Assembly (NCBI RefSeq): GCF_000737315.1
Contig: NZ_JMCB01000001.1
Location: 248,001-312,000 of the forward strand
From: Hyalangium minutum
GTDB lineage: Bacteria > Myxococcota > Myxococcia > Myxococcales > Myxococcaceae
Direction of reading: 5' to 3'
DNA: 64,000 nucleotides
The position numbers and the translations under genes were made by a program. Below the pieces are notes generated by a model that was not told the DNA's origin, ran no database searches, and saw only the letters and a program-made list of their open reading frames with translations. Below, in pieces: positions 57,901 to 64,000 of the stretch. Positions within the stretch are counted from its first letter, which is position 1; every line of letters begins with the position of its first letter.

Positions 57901-59016
57901 ATGAAGACGTTCGCGAAGTCGGTCGTGGTGGCAGTGGCCATGGTGGCAGCCGGGTGTGGCGGCGGCAGCAAGGCCGCTCCCCCTCCCCCGGCAGCCCAAG
58001 TGGTCCAGAAGCCCATGGGCGTGCGGGCTGTCACGCCCGCTCCCCAGCTCGAGTCGAGCGTCCTGCAGGCCACCGGCGGCGTGCGCGCCAAGCAGGAGGC
58101 GACGCTGAGCGCCCAGGGGTCGGGCGCCCTTACCCGCATCAGTGTGAAGGTGGGTGAGCGCGTGAAGCGCGGCCAGGTGCTGGCGCAGCTGGACACCTCC
58201 AATGCGCGCATCGCCGCGGACCAGGCGCGGGCCGCGAAGGCGGCGGCGGACGCGGCGCGCGACGGCGCGACGGCGGAGGTGGAGCGGGCGCGGGCCCTGG
58301 CGGAGGCGGGCAGCCTCGCGCGGGCCTCGCTCGACAAGGCCGAGGTGGGCTACCGCCAGGCGCAGGCTCAGGCGGCCCAGGCAGCCGCCGCCTTCGCCAA
58401 CACGCAGGAGATCCTGCGTGACGCCACCATCACCGCTCCCTTCGACGGCGTCATCACCAGCCGCAGCCGCAACGAGGGCGACTATGTGTCGCCCGGCACG
58501 GCCATCTTCGGCCTCGTCAACACGCAGGACCTCGAGGTGCGCGTCCCGGTACCCGAGGCCTTCGTGGACCGCGTGAAGGTGGGCAGCGTCGTCCAGGGAA
58601 CGATCAATCCCTCTGGCGCTCCCTTCGAGGCGCGGGTGACGAGCTTGGGGGCCACCATTGATCCGCAGACGCGCACCGTCGAGGTGCTCGCCGACGTGCT
58701 GCCGGCCCAGGACACCCGCGGGGTGCAGCTGCGCGCGGGGGCCCTCGTGGAGCTCGACTTCTCGGCTGCGGCGTCCTCCGAGGGCAAGCCGGGCCAGGCG
58801 GGGCTCTTCCTGCCCGCGCAGGCCGTCCAGTCCCAGGGCCAGCACGGCTTCGTCTGGGTGGTGCAGGACGGCAAGGCGCAGCGCCGCGACGTCAAGGTGG
58901 AGCGCGTACTGCCCGGCTTCGTGCGCGTGGTGCAGGGCCTCAATCCCGAGGAGCGCGTCGTCGCTGACGCGAGCCTGCCGCTCCAGAACGGCACGGCCCT
59001 CCAGGTCGTCCAGTAG
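57901..59016 (+). CDS. RND efflux periplasmic adaptor (MFP) lipoprotein
   Basis: Lipobox AAGC; VKVGERVKRGQVLAQLD; ITAPFDGVI; IDPQTRT. Confidence 0.95.
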   Translation: MKTFAKSVVVAVAMVAAGCGGGSKAAPPPPAAQVVQKPMGVRAVTPAPQLESSVLQATGGVRAKQEATLSAQGSGALTRISVKVGERVKRGQVLAQLDTSNARIAADQARAAKAAADAARDGATAEVERARALAEAGSLARASLDKAEVGYRQAQAQAAQAAAAFANTQEILRDATITAPFDGVITSRSRNEGDYVSPGTAIFGLVNTQDLEVRVPVPEAFVDRVKVGSVVQGTINPSGAPFEARVTSLGATIDPQTRTVEVLADVLPAQDTRGVQLRAGALVELDFSAAASSEGKPGQAGLFLPAQAVQSQGQHGFVWVVQDGKAQRRDVKVERVLPGFVRVVQGLNPEERVVADASLPLQNGTALQVVQ

Positions 59017-59072
59017 CTCCGGTCGGCGTTCCCTCTCTCTCCCCTCTTCCTCTTTCCCGGAACACCCTTCCC

Positions 59073-62177
<3,105 letters not shown>

Positions 62178-62288
62178 CCGCCCTCACCTCTCCCGGGGCC
62201 CCCACCCCGGTCCGCGCCCGGCGTGCCGCAGCCTCTCGCCGGGCGCTCCGTTCCTCTCTCATTCCCCACACCTCAGGACTTCCCCATT

Positions 62289-63791
62289 ATGAGCACCCTC
62301 TCCCTCATCGCCGGGCTGCTGCTCTCGCAGGCCCCGGCCCAGCTCCCTCCGCGTCCTCCCACCGACGCACCCGTTGCCACCCCCGCTCCGGCCTCGGATC
62401 CCGCACCTCGGCTCCCCGTCCTCACCCTGGAGCAGGCGCTGCAGCAGGCAGACCGCCAGAGCCCCGATCTCGAGGTGGCGCGCGCGCGGCTGGCCCAGGC
62501 TGACACGTTGTCAGCTCAGGCCTGGTCCGCGTATCTGCCGCAGCTCACCGCCCAGGGCGGCTACACCCGTAACTCGGCCGAAGCGAACCTGACGCTGCCC
62601 ACGAGCTACATCGTGCGAGACGTGGGCGCGCCCACGGGCCCCGCGAATGACCCGAGCCGTCCGGTAGGCCCGGACAACCCACCCGGCAGCGCCACCCACT
62701 TCGTGGCCGTCGGGGCCGACTACCAGTCCGTCCCCATCCAGAAGAAGGATCAGCTGGGCGGCAGCCTCTCGCTGCGCCAGGGCCTCTTCATCCCCGAGGG
62801 TTACGTCGCCATCCGCAACGCCTATCTCGGGGAAAAGCAGGCCGAGCTCAGCGTGAAGGACGCGCGGCGCGCTATCCTCTTCGGCGTGACGCGCGCCTAT
62901 CTCGGAGCCGCCTCGCTGCGCGAGGTGCTGGCTGTGCAGGAGCAACTGCTGGAGGTGCGGCGGGGCTTCGAGCGCGATGCCCAGACGCGCTTCTCCGTGG
63001 GCGATGTGCCGAAGCTCGCGGTGCTGCGCGCCACGCTCGACCGCGCGCAAGCCGAGCAGGAGCTCGTGCGCAGCCGCAACGCGTACGCCAACGCGAAGAG
63101 CGCGCTCGCGGCGCTCCTGGCCCGGCCCGTGGACTTCGACGTGCAGACGCCCGAGGAACAGAAAGCAGCGGAGCAGCAGGCCACGGAGGATGCCGCTCGC
63201 GCCGAGGCGCATGCCCTGGAGGCACGGCTGGACGTGGCCGCCGCGCGCGTAGGGGTGGACCTCGCACGGGGGCAGCGCCGCTCCGTCGCCGCGCGCTACC
63301 TGCCGAACCTTGCCGCCACGGGCAACTACAACCTGAGCAACGCGGGCGGCTTCACCGGCCAGACGAGCAGCTGGAACGTGGGCCTGGGCCTGTCGTGGAC
63401 GCTCTTCGACGGCGGCCTGCGCGAGGCGCAGCTGCGTGAGGCCTCCGGGCGCATCGCCGAGGCAAATGGCTCGCTGCGCGCCGCAGAGGAGAAGGCGCGC
63501 GACGAGGTGCGCCGCGCTCGCAACGGCCTGGAGACGGCGGAGAAAAACCTCTCCACGGCCCAGGAGCAGGTGGCCGTGGCACGCGAGGGTGCGCAGCAGG
63601 TGAAGCGCAGCTTCGAGCTGGGCGCCGCGACCTACCTCGAGGTGTCGGATACCAACTCGGCCCTCTCGCAGGCAGAGCTGGCGGCCGTCGCCGAGTCACT
63701 CAACTTGCGCCTGGCCCGGCTCGAGCTGGAGCGCTCGGTGGGCGATTTCGACCCCGCCCCGGCCGCCCCTGAGACAGAATCGGTGCGCTGA
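62289..63791 (+). CDS. TolC family outer membrane efflux protein
   Basis: LTLEQALQQA...YLPQL...YLPNL...LSWTLFDGG...GAATYLEVSD. Confidence 0.93.
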   Translation: MSTLSLIAGLLLSQAPAQLPPRPPTDAPVATPAPASDPAPRLPVLTLEQALQQADRQSPDLEVARARLAQADTLSAQAWSAYLPQLTAQGGYTRNSAEANLTLPTSYIVRDVGAPTGPANDPSRPVGPDNPPGSATHFVAVGADYQSVPIQKKDQLGGSLSLRQGLFIPEGYVAIRNAYLGEKQAELSVKDARRAILFGVTRAYLGAASLREVLAVQEQLLEVRRGFERDAQTRFSVGDVPKLAVLRATLDRAQAEQELVRSRNAYANAKSALAALLARPVDFDVQTPEEQKAAEQQATEDAARAEAHALEARLDVAAARVGVDLARGQRRSVAARYLPNLAATGNYNLSNAGGFTGQTSSWNVGLGLSWTLFDGGLREAQLREASGRIAEANGSLRAAEEKARDEVRRARNGLETAEKNLSTAQEQVAVAREGAQQVKRSFELGAATYLEVSDTNSALSQAELAAVAESLNLRLARLELERSVGDFDPAPAAPETESVR

Positions 63792-64000
63792 TGCGTACGG
63801 CGAACGTCAAGAACACGCACGGTTTCGTTCGCCCCACGGAGGGTACGCTCCTCGCGCTCTTCATCGCCTCCCTCCTCTTCATGCCCCGGTCCTCCCGCGC
63901 CGAGACGCCGGAGGAGGAGACGCCAGCGGCGGAGACGAATGCGGAGGAGACACCGGCAGAGGAAACACCGGTGGCTGCAGCGCCCGCGACGCAGTCCCTC
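63791..64000 (+). CDS. 5' end of a secreted protein with acidic low-complexity repeats (partial)
   Basis: The ATG shares the final A of the TolC stop (TGATG). MRTANVKNTH...LLALFIASLLFMPRSSRA-ETPEEETPAAETNAEETPAEETP; open to the window end. Confidence 0.6.
   Translation, partial: MRTANVKNTHGFVRPTEGTLLALFIASLLFMPRSSRAETPEEETPAAETNAEETPAEETPVAAAPATQSL

Overview
High-GC myxobacterial chromosome segment (Cystobacterineae-like). The assignment rests on a DUF2378 paralog, a double-CXXCG protein, an AgmC-like surface protein and many hybrid kinases. 1-2.4 kb: 5' part of a large secreted AgmC-like/Ig-repeat protein. About 3-22 kb: an accessory mosaic containing an ABM-SDR-esterase-AraC cassette, a Bacillus BmrA-like exporter with an OmpR/HK pair, a frameshifted secreted toxin with intact double-CXXCG immunity, a PG-binding/EEP fusion, SDR-LysR, an IS91 scar, an amidase, and a doubly deleted hydrolase/LysR divergon. 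22-38 kb: myxobacterial hypotheticals, signalling genes, a catalytically degenerate ABC ATPase, and two convergent lipoprotein proteases (S8 and S1). 38.6-48.7 kb: a stand-alone 3366-aa NRPS-PKS (C-A-T-C-A-T-KS-AT-ACP-TE) with no tailoring genes, an unusual first A-domain code and an atypical AT motif; this is the most promising novel system. 48.8-64 kb: HK/RR, TIMP-like secreted protein, radical SAM/Twitch protein, cyclase, GH3, and a TetR-RND-TolC efflux operon with visible operators. No rRNA, tRNA or CRISPR array was seen. All family calls come from motif recognition by eye, not database searches.
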